Shown here one piece after another: positions 20,370 through 31,222 of a DNA stretch of 64,000 nt (its first letter is position 1; each line of letters starts with the position of its first letter). The stretch comes from an uncultured Gemmatimonadales bacterium. GTDB taxonomy: Bacteria > Gemmatimonadota > Gemmatimonadetes > Gemmatimonadales > GWC2-71-9. Made by a program: the position numbers and the translations under genes. The DNA is taken from contig CAWGED010000005.1 in NCBI GenBank assembly GCA_963821525.1, positions 224,001-288,000 of the forward strand, written 5' to 3'. Below the pieces are notes generated by a model. It did no database searches, was not told where the DNA came from, and saw only the letters and a program-made list of their open reading frames with translations.

Positions 20370-21318
20370 CCAGCCGATCGAACACGGCCCAGGTGAGGAG
20401 GGGAAACATGATTTCGTGATGTCCGGTGATCTGCATCCCGATACCCGACGGCCGGGTCGGTCGTTCGACCACGTTCACCTGAGGACGGTAGTGCCGTTGC
20501 ATGTCGAAGTCGGCGGCGACGAACCCGGTTGGACGTCCCTGATCCAGATTGCGCGCCACGCTTAACGCCTTGACGAAAACTTCCGGCAGGATGACCGCGC
20601 TGCCCAGGTTGATCACCACTCCGCCGTCGTCGAGGCTCGCGAGCGATGCAGCCAGCCGTTTGAAGTCACGATGACTCGTGGCGCCCAAAGCCGCTCCATC
20701 AGCCGATGGGTGCTGATGGATCACGTCGCTGCCGAGCGCTACGTGAACCGTGATCGGGACCGCTGCCTGCCGCGCGCCGAGCAGGATGGAGGCTTCCGCG
20801 CCGGGTAGTGCGCTGCGCCGGGAGAGCGCATCGGCCAGTCCCTCTCCAAGTCCGAAGTCACCGCGCTGCCGCCTGCCGAGGCCGCCTGGTTCATCGCGGC
20901 TCCGGTCTCCTCGGCCATGCCGAAACTGCCATCCGCCAGCCCCGACTCGACATCCTCGCTGGTCTGGCCAAATGCCGCGAGCTCGAAATCGTGGATCGCC
21001 GCTGCACCGTTCAGTGCGACGTGGGTGACGATCCCTCGACGGAGCCACTCGACGACCAACGGCCCCAGCCCGACCTTGGCGACGTGACCTCCGATCAGGA
21101 AGAGAACCCCACGCTGTTGTTTCTTCGCGTGAGCGAGTGCTGCAATCAGCAGCCCGCAGGTTACGGGCCGCCAGCACGTCGGGAAGCGACTCGAGGAAGG
21201 CGTGGAAGGAGCGGTCGGCTCCGGGCACCGACGCTAGAAGGGAGGTGTCGACCTTCGTGGGGCGGTTCCCGACCGGAACCGTCCTCACCCGGGTCAGGTC
21301 CACCTCCCGGTAGTGCAC
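20359..21318 (-). CDS. Deoxyhypusine-synthase-like fold protein (internal indels)
   Basis: HVALNGAAAIHDFELA..TSEDV..GSFGMAEET (ORF 20739-21059); GSAVILPEVFVKALS; GHHEIMFPLL. Confidence 0.7.
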   Translation of the reverse strand: MHYREVDLTRVRTVPVGNRPTKVDTSLLASVPGADRSFHAFLESLPDVLAARNLRAADCSTRSREETTAWGSLPDRRSRRQGRAGAVGRRVAPSRDRHPRRTERCSGDPRFRARGIWPDQRGCRVGAGGWQFRHGRGDRSRDEPGGLGRRQRGDFGLGEGLADALSRRSALPGAEASILLGARQAAVPITVHVALGSDVIHQHPSADGAALGATSHRDFKRLAASLASLDDGGVVINLGSAVILPEVFVKALSVARNLDQGRPTGFVAADFDMQRHYRPQVNVVERPTRPSGIGMQITGHHEIMFPLLTWAVFDRLDAR

Positions 21319-21320
21319 GC

Positions 21321-22084
21321 TCAGCTGCCTGCGGTAGTACCGTCGGGGAGTTTCATCGAGATCAGGCGCAAAGTCACGCTCCCGAAGGGGAGCTTCGACT
21401 TGATCTGTACCGGGATCCTTCGCTCGTCATCGGTAAGCCAGAGCTTGGCTTCGGCCCGCGGAGCGAAGAGACCGTCGCTGCCAACCGCTGGGCTCAGCAC
21501 CAGGCATTGCACCTTCTTGCCATCGGGCAGCTCCATCTCCTCCCGCTTCTCCACCTTGATTACCACCGGATTCAGATCCTTCCGGAAGTACCGGTTGTAC
21601 TTGTAGGTCTGCCCTTTTTCCAAGGGGATGGTGCGGAGAAAGTAGAAGAAGGCGGCGTCGTCCAGCGGATCGGCCACAGTAGATCCGGTGTCGCCGTGCG
21701 TCGTCTGGATCCAGGTAGAGTCAGGGTAGATCTCGAATTTGCGTTGCTTGGGCTTTCCGTTCTCATCCAGGTCCTGGTAGAACCGGCGGGAAATCATGTC
21801 GCTGGTTCCAGTCCACGAAGTGAGAACGCTCGTCAGGTCTTGTAGAAAGGAGCCGAAGCATCGAGCCCGAACACGAACACGAAGGATTCAACTCCACGCA
21901 CCGTATCGATGCCGGTCACCGCCATCCGCGCCGTCCCCAGCCGGAGAACTCCCAGCTTGGCGGAGTACTCGAACTCCTCGCCGACGGCGAAGGGATAAGC
22001 GCCCACCGGATGGGCCGGTGGTGGTGAAGGCACGAACGCTACGCTCGCGCCCAGCAGCGAAAGGGCGAGGGCGATGGCTTTCAT
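21321..22084 (-). CDS. DUF3108-like exported protein (frameshift near 21835)
   Basis: PFAVGEEFEY; LWLTDDERRIPVQIKSKLPFGSVTLRL. Confidence 0.78.
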
Positions 22085-22878
22085 GAGGTTGCCTCCTGCA
22101 ATTCGTTCGACTCGGAGGGCGGACCGCCGGGGCCTGACGACTCGGCTCGCGGTCCGCTCCGAATTCGGAGCCGCCGGCCGTTCCGCCAGAGCTCCTTCGC
22201 ATATCCCCAGGGATCGACCCGACTTGGCCGCTCCCGCAGATCATGTCTTTCCACTGTCTGTACCACGTCCACGCGCCGGGCCTGTTGTGCCGCTCGGGCG
22301 AACAACTCGGCGTTGGCAGTCCATCCATCGGTAGTGATGAGGCTGCCTCCCGATGCCCGAATCGCGTTGCGCAGACAGATCAGACGGATTGCGCCGCAGC
22401 CCGAGACGACGTCGGTCGACCCGGGGATCGAGAGACCCGGGAGCAGAAAGCGCGCGGCTTTCCGCACCCACCGGCGACCTCGCGAGGGCTCGCCCTGTAC
22501 CGTGGCTCGGGTGACGACCACATCGGCCCCGCTGTCCAGGCGCCGAACAAGTTCGGGCAGGCACTCGGGGCTGTGGGCGAAGTCCGCGTGGAGAAGTATG
22601 GCGGCGTCCCGCTTCGGACGGTCCGAGCGCTCCAGCGCGGCTCGAATCAGTTCCTCGACTGAACCGCCGTAACCGCGACGCTCGCCGTGCCGAATCACGG
22701 TCAGCGGCAAGGCCTTGGCATACGGCTCCAGCACTTCGGCGGTGGGATCGGTCGATCCATCATCCACCACAAGCAACTGGTATTCTCGCGGGAACTCCTC
22801 GAACACCCGCCGGATTTTCCAGAGCACGAGGCCCACGGTCGAGGCTTCGTTGTAGCTCGGTATGCAGACGTAAATCAT
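22081..22878 (-). CDS. Glycosyltransferase family 2
   Basis: CIPSYNEA; VVDDGSTD; HAD at the DxD position. Confidence 0.88.
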   Translation of the reverse strand: MIYVCIPSYNEASTVGLVLWKIRRVFEEFPREYQLLVVDDGSTDPTAEVLEPYAKALPLTVIRHGERRGYGGSVEELIRAALERSDRPKRDAAILLHADFAHSPECLPELVRRLDSGADVVVTRATVQGEPSRGRRWVRKAARFLLPGLSIPGSTDVVSGCGAIRLICLRNAIRASGGSLITTDGWTANAELFARAAQQARRVDVVQTVERHDLRERPSRVDPWGYAKELWRNGRRLRIRSGPRAESSGPGGPPSESNELQEATS

Positions 22879-22884
22879 TTGCCT

Positions 22885-23961
22885 TCAATCATCTGAGACG
22901 AGGGAACGATACACAGGGAGATGCTCACTTGCCATCCTTTCATCACTGAATACCACGGTCCGGTGGCGGCCTGCTGTCGTAAGCCTCTCTCGTTCAACCG
23001 GATCGGCCAGAATCCGTTCGACGGCCGCGGCGATTTGATCGGGTCTGCCCTTGGAGCAAATCACTCCAGCCTGAGTTCCCACAATCTCGGGCAATCCTCC
23101 GGCATCGGTGGTCACTACAGGCACGCCGAGTGCCATCGCATCGAGAACCGAAGTGCCTAGGCCTTCTTCACTTGAGCTCATGACGAAGACATCTGCGTCG
23201 GCAATGAGCGACACTCCATCGGGAATCGTTCCCAGAAGGTGGACAACTCCCGTAAGGCCTGCCTCTGCTACCTGCACTTCAATTTCGTTTCTAAGGGGTC
23301 CGTCACCCGCGACTACCCAATGCAGGTCGGGCAGGCGGGGCCGGAGCAGGCGGGCGGTCTCGACTAGTGTGTGATGATCCTTGTGCCCGACCAGTGCCGC
23401 CACGTTGACGGCGATCCGGCAGTTGTGTCCCAAGCCGAGCGACTCTCGAATATTGAGCGGCTGAGTTTCGGCATGGTGGCTTGGAGATCGATGCCCGAGT
23501 GGATGACGGAGATCCGGTCGGGCGCGACTCCACTCGTGATCAGCACTTCCCGAACGGCCTGCGATATCGCAATGACGCGATTGGCCTGTCGCCAGGGCCA
23601 GGGCCGCCGAAGCGGAAAGTCCACTCGGCGAGTTGCGACGAGGGCTGCACCGGTCCAGCGGGCACAGAGTGCGGCAAGAGCGAGAGCATGGCCGTCGTGG
23701 GCGTGGAGAATCGGGCGGACGCTACCACGCGTGACGCGAAGGAGCGGCAGAATCACCCGCGGGTCGAGTCCTGCGCTCCACGGTACCGATTCGACCGATA
23801 CTCCGGCGCTCCGGAGCCGGCGTTCGAGCTCGCTGTTGCGCGGAAGTTATCACTGTCTGGCTCAGGTCCCGCTCGCGGCCCAGCGCGCGGGCAAGCAGTA
23901 GAACCTGGCGCTGCCCCCCTCGCCATTCGCGACCGGAGGCAACGTGGATGATACGCGGCAT
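22885..23961 (-). CDS. Glycosyltransferase family 4 (several indels)
   Basis: MPRIIHVASGREWRGGQRQV; LHAHDGHA; ATRRVDF; EGLGTSVLDAMALGVPVV. Confidence 0.85.
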
Positions 23962-23963
23962 CC

Positions 23964-25866
23964 TCAGTGATCGAGGGCCCGTCGTCTCGTCACCGGCGGC
24001 AACTGGGAGAATTCCCGAAGCAGCCCGCGCAGTTCGCTCAGACTGAATGGTTTGCGTAGCCACGGCCGGTGCTGTTTCTCCAGAAACTGCAGGGTGTCGC
24101 CACGAATCGTGTCTCCGGTGCTGAATGCCACCCGGTCGGCCATGCTGGGGAAACGGCGGCCCAGCTCCTCGTAGAATTCCTGGCCTCCGGTTCGCGGCAT
24201 GCGCAGGTCGGAGATGATCAGGTCGTAGGCGGCTTCTCCAACCTGGGCCAGAGCGGCCTGGCCATCGGCCGCAACGTCAACCTTGTGTCCCCAAGCCTCG
24301 AGGGTGGCACGGACGTAGTGAAGAATGTGGGGCTCATCGTCAACCACCAGAACTCTCAGTGGACGAATGGCAACCGGGGGAGCTTCCTCGGCCGGCGGCC
24401 GGTGGAGGTGTTGGTCGAGCGGGGAGTTCGACGGTAAAGGTGGCACCCTCTCCCGGTCGGGTGGACAGACCGATCATGCCCTGGTGTTCCTTCACGATTC
24501 CCTGGCTGATCGAGAGGCCGAGCCCGGTGCCCTCGCCCTCGGGCTTGGTGGTAAAGAACGGCTCGAAGGCCCGGGCCGCGAGTGACTCATCCATTCCGGG
24601 CCCGTCGTCCGCCACGGTCACCGACACTCCACCGAGCCAGCGTCGAGCCTGAATCCGGATGGTGCCCGGGCGTCCGGTGGATGCGATAGCCTGTGCGGCG
24701 TTGTTGATCAGGTTGACGAACACCTGCTGGATTTGCACCGGATCGAGATCCAGTTCCGGCACATCGGGGTCGCAGGAGAGCTCCGCCTCGACGCCCACCG
24801 CCATGAGCTGATTTCGAAGAAGAGTGAGCGTCGCTTCGAGCAGGGAACGCATCGAGGTCGGCCTGCGACGATGCTCCTGCTTCCGGGCGAACCCAAGGAG
24901 ATTCTTGACGATCAGGGCCGCGCGTTCGGCCTCCTGCTGGATCACCAGCAGCGGTTCGCGAATGCGGGGCGGCACTTCGCTGAACTCGGCGAGATAGTCG
25001 GCAAAGCCCACGACTGAAGTGAGCGGGTTGTTGAGGTCGTGCGCGATGCCCGCGATCAGCTGGCCGATCGCGGACAGCTTTTCCGACTGTACCAACTGAT
25101 CCTGGAGACGTTGCCGTTCGGTCTGGTCGCTGAGCAGCAGTACACCCTCCCGCTCTCCCCGCCGCTGATGGGGAAGACGGTCGCTCCATAAATGCGGTCC
25201 CGATGTCTGAGCGTAGCCGAGGTCGCGGTGCCCGCCTCGCCCAAGGGCCTGACGGATCCCGGGGTGCCAGTCCTGCGGCATCAGTTCATGCCAGGGCCGA
25301 CCCACAAGGGTGGAGATCGGAATCTCGAGTAACTCGGCAAGTGCGCGATTAGCCCGCTGGACCCGGCCGCCTGGTTCGATGATGCACAGCGCGAGGGAAA
25401 CAGCATCCAGCGTCTCTTCCCACGCACGCTTCGAATTGTCGGCCAGCTCAACGACTCTCGCGCTATCGAGTGCCACACCGGCCGCAGCGGCGAGCGCTTC
25501 AAGCAGAGCAAGGTTGGGACTGCTAGGGTGCTCCAGGCGGGCGAGCAGCACTCCAAGCCCCGGTCTTCGCGTGTGCAGGCGCACGGCGATCAGCGTGCTG
25601 GTACCGTTGGCGTCGCTGACCGGCTCCGTTCTACTGAGTGCCGCCTCGATCAGCCGCCGGTTTTCTCCCAGGCTTCTATCGCCACTCACAGTTTCGAGTT
25701 GGAGGGTTTCGGGGTGTAAAAGCGCCACCGCGCTTGCCACTGGCCCGAAGGTTGCTTTGACTTGAGCGACAAGGAGATCCGCGACCGATTGCGGACGCAG
25801 GGTGCCGGCAAGCGACCGGGCAAAGGCGGTAACTACCGAGAGGTCACGACCGGGAGAGTCTGTCAT
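23964..25866 (-). CDS. Hybrid sensor histidine kinase (GAF/PAS-HisKA-HATPase-receiver), with indels
   Basis: GIAHDLNNPL; NLINNA; DDGPG; FFTTKPEGEGTGLGL; receiver VLVVDDE..SDLRMP in ORF 23964-24446. Confidence 0.88.
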
Positions 25867-26545
25867 GATTCTCGCCAACATTCGTGGTCAACTGAAGCCA
25901 AACGACCTGCAGCTGGTTCTTCTGCTGTTGAGCCGAGGCTCCGCAACGCGTCGAGCGCTGCTGGAACGGCGACTCACTGAGGAAGGGCCTGACAGCCTTC
26001 TCGAATCTCCCGATCTGCCTGAAGCACTCCTCGCCGTTCGGACCATCCTTGTCCCGAGTCCCGCGCTGTTCTTCTATGTGATGGTTCGCCACGCGCTGCG
26101 TACCGCGGAGGTGGACGACCGGGAGTTGGCGGACTACCTCGCGTCGATGCTGCTGGAGTTCGGGCGTCGGGAGCGGGCCTACCAAGTCGACTGGAACGAC
26201 GACCAGCGGCATCGCTACATGATCGATATCCTGGCGGATCTCGAGCTCTCGCAGGGCGCGCGACGATTCAAGGTGATGGTCCATCTGGGCAATTACGCGC
26301 TCTGGCTGGCAGGGCTCTTTCCGGACTACATCGCGGCGCGACAGCTTCGGAGCGGCGGCCCGGATCTCAGCTACTACGATACGCTCGGTCGCCGGGGCTT
26401 CGAGCTCGCTTCGGACCACGCGCTGGCCGACCACTACAACCTCGAGACGGTTTTTCGCTCGGCGGCCGAACGCTATCCCGAAGTTCGCGGTGCGCTCAAC
26501 GACATCAGCGAGCGCGTCTTTTTCCCTTCCGGCTACCTCCACTGA
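25865..26545 (+). CDS. Hypothetical helical protein
   Basis: Long ORF MILANIRGQL...HLGNYALWLAGLFPD with typical codon bias. Confidence 0.7.
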   Translation: MILANIRGQLKPNDLQLVLLLLSRGSATRRALLERRLTEEGPDSLLESPDLPEALLAVRTILVPSPALFFYVMVRHALRTAEVDDRELADYLASMLLEFGRRERAYQVDWNDDQRHRYMIDILADLELSQGARRFKVMVHLGNYALWLAGLFPDYIAARQLRSGGPDLSYYDTLGRRGFELASDHALADHYNLETVFRSAAERYPEVRGALNDISERVFFPSGYLH

Positions 26546-27288
26546 TCCTGCCGGGCTGCGGTCGAAGCCCGGTTCGCCTCTCGCACCAGAGCCTGAAACA
26601 ATCCCAAATCAGGTCGATTCCGCCTCGGCGTGGAACTCCTCCGGATGCCACTGCACGGCGAGGAGCCAGGCCAGGCCCTGCTTCCTGTTCCAATCCTTCG
26701 GCCAAGCCGTCAGGCGACAGAGCGGAAACCTTGAGGCCCGGCGCCAGCTTGCGAATGCCCTGATGATGGAACGAGTTCACCTCGAGTTGCGTGGCTCCCA
26801 AGGCCTTAGCCAGTATCGTCTGGGGCACGACCTCAACTCGGTGGGACTGCGGTCGTTCCTCGCGCCCTTCTGCCGGTGATCGATCTCCGCCGGACGCTGG
26901 CTCGGCAGGTCCTGCCAGAGCGTGCCGCCCAAGGCGACGTTCACCAGTTGGAAGCCGCGGCAGATCGCGAGCGTCGGCACCTGCCGCTCGCGGCGCGGCG
27001 CGGAACACCGCCAGCTCGAACGCGTCCCGCTGAGGATCGATCGGATCGAGCGAAGGATGAGGAGCCTCGCCGTAGTGCGAGGGATCCATGTCGTCTCCGC
27101 CGGTGAGCAGCAGACCGTCCACCGTCTCCACCACCTGTCCGGCGAGCTCCGGGCCCAACAGCGGCGAAAGAATCAGGGGGATTCCGCCGGCCCGAAGCAC
27201 GCTGCGCACGTAGGCGGACGTTCACCCCGCTGCGGTCCGCGCCGCTTACGGCCCGAGTCAGTCCAGTGACACCGATCCTTGGCGTCAT
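26533..27288 (-). CDS. Peptidase C26 / gamma-glutamyl-GABA hydrolase-like class I glutamine amidotransferase (several indels)
   Basis: DGLLLTGGDD; LAICRGFQLVNVALGGTL; VNSFHHQG; AVQWHPE. Confidence 0.85.
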
Positions 27289-27761
27289 GGGTGCACCGAG
27301 TCCGGGAAGAATGGGCATCGTGGGTCCTCGTACCGCTCGACGGGGAGCTGGATTCCGAGCAGTGGTACCATGACGGAATCAATAGCCACCGAGCCAAGCT
27401 CCGGTGCGCCCTTGATCGGGGCGGATTCATAAAGCATCACGCCACGCGGCTTCCCGGTGGGATCTACCACGAGCACCCCAAAACCTGGCCGCACCTTGCT
27501 GGGAAGATTTCCTTCCATTCCGATCACCAGTTTTTCCCCGGTCCGCCCGGCGATGGCGGAGTAGGCCGGTCCGGCGGCAAGGCGGACGACGACTCGCTCC
27601 GGCAGGGCCGAGGGCGGAGTGCTCAGGGTCTGGTCCGGGACTCCGAATTGTTCCAGCAGCAGGCTGGCGCCCGCCATCGCGGTGAACCCGCAGGTGGCAC
27701 CACCCGAAGGCTTGCCACATGCCCCCAGGACGACCAGAAGCAGCGGAGTGAAACGGGTCAT
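27285..27761 (-). CDS. Hypothetical lipoprotein
   Basis: MTRFTPLLLVVLGAC lipobox. Confidence 0.65.
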   Translation of the reverse strand: MTRFTPLLLVVLGACGKPSGGATCGFTAMAGASLLLEQFGVPDQTLSTPPSALPERVVVRLAAGPAYSAIAGRTGEKLVIGMEGNLPSKVRPGFGVLVVDPTGKPRGVMLYESAPIKGAPELGSVAIDSVMVPLLGIQLPVERYEDPRCPFFPDSVHP

Positions 27762-27833
27762 CCACATGCCGTAAGTTAACACCCGGGCGACGGTTCCTTG
27801 ACGGTCGGTGGGTCGGTACCGTAGCATTTGGGC

Positions 27834-27998
27834 ATGGCCCTCTATGAATATCGTTGTACCGCCTGCGACCACATCTTTTCGGTGTTCCATCCGGTCGAGG
27901 AGCACGGGAAGGCGCGGGTGACCTGCCCCAAATGCAAGTCGGCGAAAGTCGAACAGGTCTTTTCTCCGTTCTACGCCAAGACCGTCCGGAAATCCTGA
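27834..27998 (+). CDS. FmdB-family zinc-ribbon protein (54 aa)
   Basis: Read manually: MALYEYRCTACDHIF...VTCPKCKSAKVEQVFS...; absent from the ORF track. Confidence 0.85.
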   Translation: MALYEYRCTACDHIFSVFHPVEEHGKARVTCPKCKSAKVEQVFSPFYAKTVRKS

Positions 27999-28000
27999 GC

Positions 28001-28453
28001 GTGTTCGAAGGACTGCGCGGGCGTGCGCGGGCAGCGGCCCTGCAGGCCGCGGTCATCGAGGCCAAGGTGGCGGTCGGTCTCTTGCGTGACGGCATCGCGG
28101 CGACGGAGCGCGAGCTCGCGCTGGAACAAAGGCATTTGGGGGACGCCGAGCGGCGTGGTGAACTCGCACGGCAGATTCCCGATCCCGAAACCGTCGCGAT
28201 TGCGGAACGGTTCGCGGCCAAACACCGGGAGCGGGCCACCGTTCTGGAACGGAAGCTGTCCGTCCAGAGAGACGAACTGGTGCTGGCGGAGCGCGAGCTG
28301 GCGGAGATGACCGAAGCCCTGAAAAACCCGGCGGGCGAGACCGACGCCGATGATCCGGCCCTGAAAATCCGGATGGACCGCGCCGGCTATGAGGCGGCCG
28401 CCGAGGCGCAGCTCGCGCACCTGAAGAGGAAGCTGGGAAAGGACAAACCGTGA
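28001..28453 (+). CDS. Coiled-coil protein, PspA-like
   Basis: GTG 2 nt after the zinc-ribbon stop; heptad-rich; ends AEAQLAHLKRKLGK. Confidence 0.6.
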   Translation: MFEGLRGRARAAALQAAVIEAKVAVGLLRDGIAATERELALEQRHLGDAERRGELARQIPDPETVAIAERFAAKHRERATVLERKLSVQRDELVLAERELAEMTEALKNPAGETDADDPALKIRMDRAGYEAAAEAQLAHLKRKLGKDKP

Positions 28454-28651
28454 GACCAACGGTGATTGCTCGTCCTGCAACATCCCGCCGACCTCTCGCT
28501 CACAACTAATAAAGTCGCAAACCGCTGGTGACCTGCGGTCCCGGGAGATGTTCGGGGTCAGAATTCTGTCAGAGCTTGCGGTCGCTCGTACGCGGCACGT
28601 GATTGGCTGCTAGCGTTCACTGGGAAATCCCCCTCTAAGGAGAAAACCACC

Positions 28652-30212
28652 TTGGCGACGACGTCCGCACCGCCCTCGCAGCACGCGCCGGCGGCGGGGC
28701 AATCCGCGCAGCATGACGCCGCCTTCTTCGGGCACCCCCGCGGGCTGGCGACACTTTTCTTCACCGAGATGTGGGAGCGGTTCGCCTACTACGGCAAGCG
28801 CGCCATCCTGATCCTCTTCATGACGGCCTCGGCCGCGGCCGGCGGACTGGGCTGGGACGTCGCGAAGGCCGGTGCGGTCTACGGGACCTACGTCGCGCTG
28901 GTGTACATGCTGTCGCTGCCGGGCGGGTGGATGGCCGACAAGATCCTGGGGCTCCGCCGGGCGGTGCTCTACGGCGGCATCTTCATCATGTGCGGGCAGA
29001 TCTGTCTCGCCATTCCGGGGAGCACGCTCTTCTTCCCGGGACTGGCCTGCATCATCATCGGCACCGGATTGCTCAAGCCCAACGTCAGCGCGATCGTGGG
29101 TGAGCTGTATACCCAGGAAGATCGCCGGCGGGACGCCGGCTTTTCGATTTTCTACATGGGGATCAACCTCGGCGCATTCATCTCCCCGCTGGTCGTCGGA
29201 TCGCTGGCTCAGGGCAGCACGTTCCAGGGCTTTCTGCAGAACATGGGATTCGATCCCCGCAATTCATGGCATTGGGGATTCGGGATCGGCTCGCTGGGCA
29301 TGCTGTTCGGCCTCATTCAGTACATGCGAGGCTGGAAGTACCTGGGTGAAGCGGGCATCCATCCCAGTGTAACGCCGGCGTCGCCGCAGGGCGCGCAGGC
29401 CCGGCGCCAGGTCTGGATCGGTGCGCTCGTAATCATCGCCATCATCGGCCTCATCGCCGCGCTGGTGCAGCAGAATGTGATCTCGATTCAGACCGTCACC
29501 AATGGATTCAGCTGGCTCTACCTCGCGATCGTGGTCGGCTTCTTCGTCTGGCTCTTCCAGTTCGGCCAATGGACCAGGGAGGAACGGAAGCGACTGATCG
29601 TGATCCTGGTGCTGTTCTGCTCCGCGGCGGTGTTCTGGTCGGCGTTCGAGCAGGCCGCATCCAGCCTGAATCTGTTCGCCCAGCGGAACACCGATACCAA
29701 GTTCCTGGGCATCGCGTTCCCGCCGAGCTGGCTCCAGTCGGTGAACGCCGCTGATGATCATCATCTTCGCCCCCGTCTTCGCCTGGCTCTGGATACGGTT
29801 GGGCAAGCATGATCCCTCGAGTCCCACCAAGTTCGCCTTCGGCCTGCTCTTCGTAGGGCTCGGATTCGCCGTCATGATCGGCGCGGCAGCTGCGTCGGCG
29901 AGCGGTCAGCTGGTCAGTCCGATGTGGCTGATGGTCACCTACTTCCTGCACACTGTCGGCGAGCTCTGCCTGAGCCCGGTCGGACTTTCTTCGATGACGC
30001 GGCTCGCCCCGGACCGGGTGAAGGGCATGATGATGGGTGTGTGGTTCCTGGCAACGTCGGTGGGCAACCTGATCGCCGGCCGGGTGGCCGGCTTCTACAC
30101 TTCGTTCTCGCTCACCCAGCTGTTCGGCGCGGTCACGGTCTTCGCACTCGTCGCGAGCCTGATCATGTTCCTGCTGGTCCGGCCCATCAAGCAGATGCTG
30201 GCGAGGGACTAG
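28652..30212 (+). CDS. POT/PTR proton-dependent oligopeptide transporter (frameshift near 29750)
   Basis: FFGHPRGL..EMWERFAYYG (ExxERF); FSIFYMGINLGA; GELCLSPVGLS. Confidence 0.92.
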
Positions 30213-30214
30213 GA

Positions 30215-31222
30215 TTACTTACTCTTGAACACCCGGAAGAGGTAGCGCAGAGAAGGGAACAAGACCGCCGCACCCAGGGCCAGGGCAGCCAAGGTGAGCT
30301 GCAGGGTTATCCGAGGTGCGGCGGCGTCTTTTATGGTGAGGTCGGGAGGAAGCAGGTAAGGATACTGCGCCGCCGCCCACCCCCAGATGATGCAGCTGAG
30401 CTGTGCCGCGGCCGCAAACCGTGCCAGGTGCCACCGCCGCTTCCAGAGTGCCAGCAGCGCAGTCACTGCAAAGGCTCCGGTGAGCAGGTGAATCGGGATC
30501 GCGCGAGTGGAGCCGAGCAGCCCCTCCTCCATGAGCGGCGCATCGCGGAGCGCCGTCAGCAGAGTCAGCACCGCCGCCACAAAGCAGAGCCCGCCCGCGA
30601 CGAGCGCCCGGGTCCGGAAATCCTCCTTCAAAGATTCGCTGTCCGCCTCGATGGTGAGATAGACCGCCGCGAGGAACGCGAACAACACCACCGTGAAGAG
30701 CCCCAGCGACAGGGCGAACGGCGTGAGCCATGGAGAGACATAGCCGGCGAGAAAATCGGTTCCTGCCGGCGGACGACGGACGCGCCCCGATGCGATCGCG
30801 CCCACACACACCCCCAACAAGAACGGAGTCAGCAGGCTCGCGATGGAAAAGGTCCGGCCCCAGCGGCGCTGGGCCACATCGTGATGGGTATCGTAGGAGC
30901 GGAAGATGAAGGCGGATCCCCGGAGCACGATGCCGAAGAGCATCAGGGTGAGCGGGATGTGGAGACCCACCGCGACGCGGCTGAACCCGAGGGGGAAACA
31001 GGTGAAGAGCAGGACGACCACGAGAATCAGCCATACATGGTTCGCTTCCCACACCGGGCCGATCGCGTTGGCGATGAGCTCGCGCTGCCGGTCGCGCCGC
31101 GGCCCGGACGCAAGCAGGTCCCAGACTCCTCCACCGAAATCCGCTCCGGCCAGGAGCATGTAACCGTTCAGGGCGATGAGAATTACACCCGCGATGAGCA
31201 GCGCTTCGATCGCAGGAGACAT
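30215..31222 (-). CDS. cydB: Cytochrome bd oxidase subunit II
   Basis: GADFGGG; IGPVWEANHVWL; YPYLLPP; start overlaps the cydA stop. Confidence 0.92.
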   Translation of the reverse strand: MSPAIEALLIAGVILIALNGYMLLAGADFGGGVWDLLASGPRRDRQRELIANAIGPVWEANHVWLILVVVLLFTCFPLGFSRVAVGLHIPLTLMLFGIVLRGSAFIFRSYDTHHDVAQRRWGRTFSIASLLTPFLLGVCVGAIASGRVRRPPAGTDFLAGYVSPWLTPFALSLGLFTVVLFAFLAAVYLTIEADSESLKEDFRTRALVAGGLCFVAAVLTLLTALRDAPLMEEGLLGSTRAIPIHLLTGAFAVTALLALWKRRWHLARFAAAAQLSCIIWGWAAAQYPYLLPPDLTIKDAAAPRITLQLTLAALALGAAVLFPSLRYLFRVFKSK

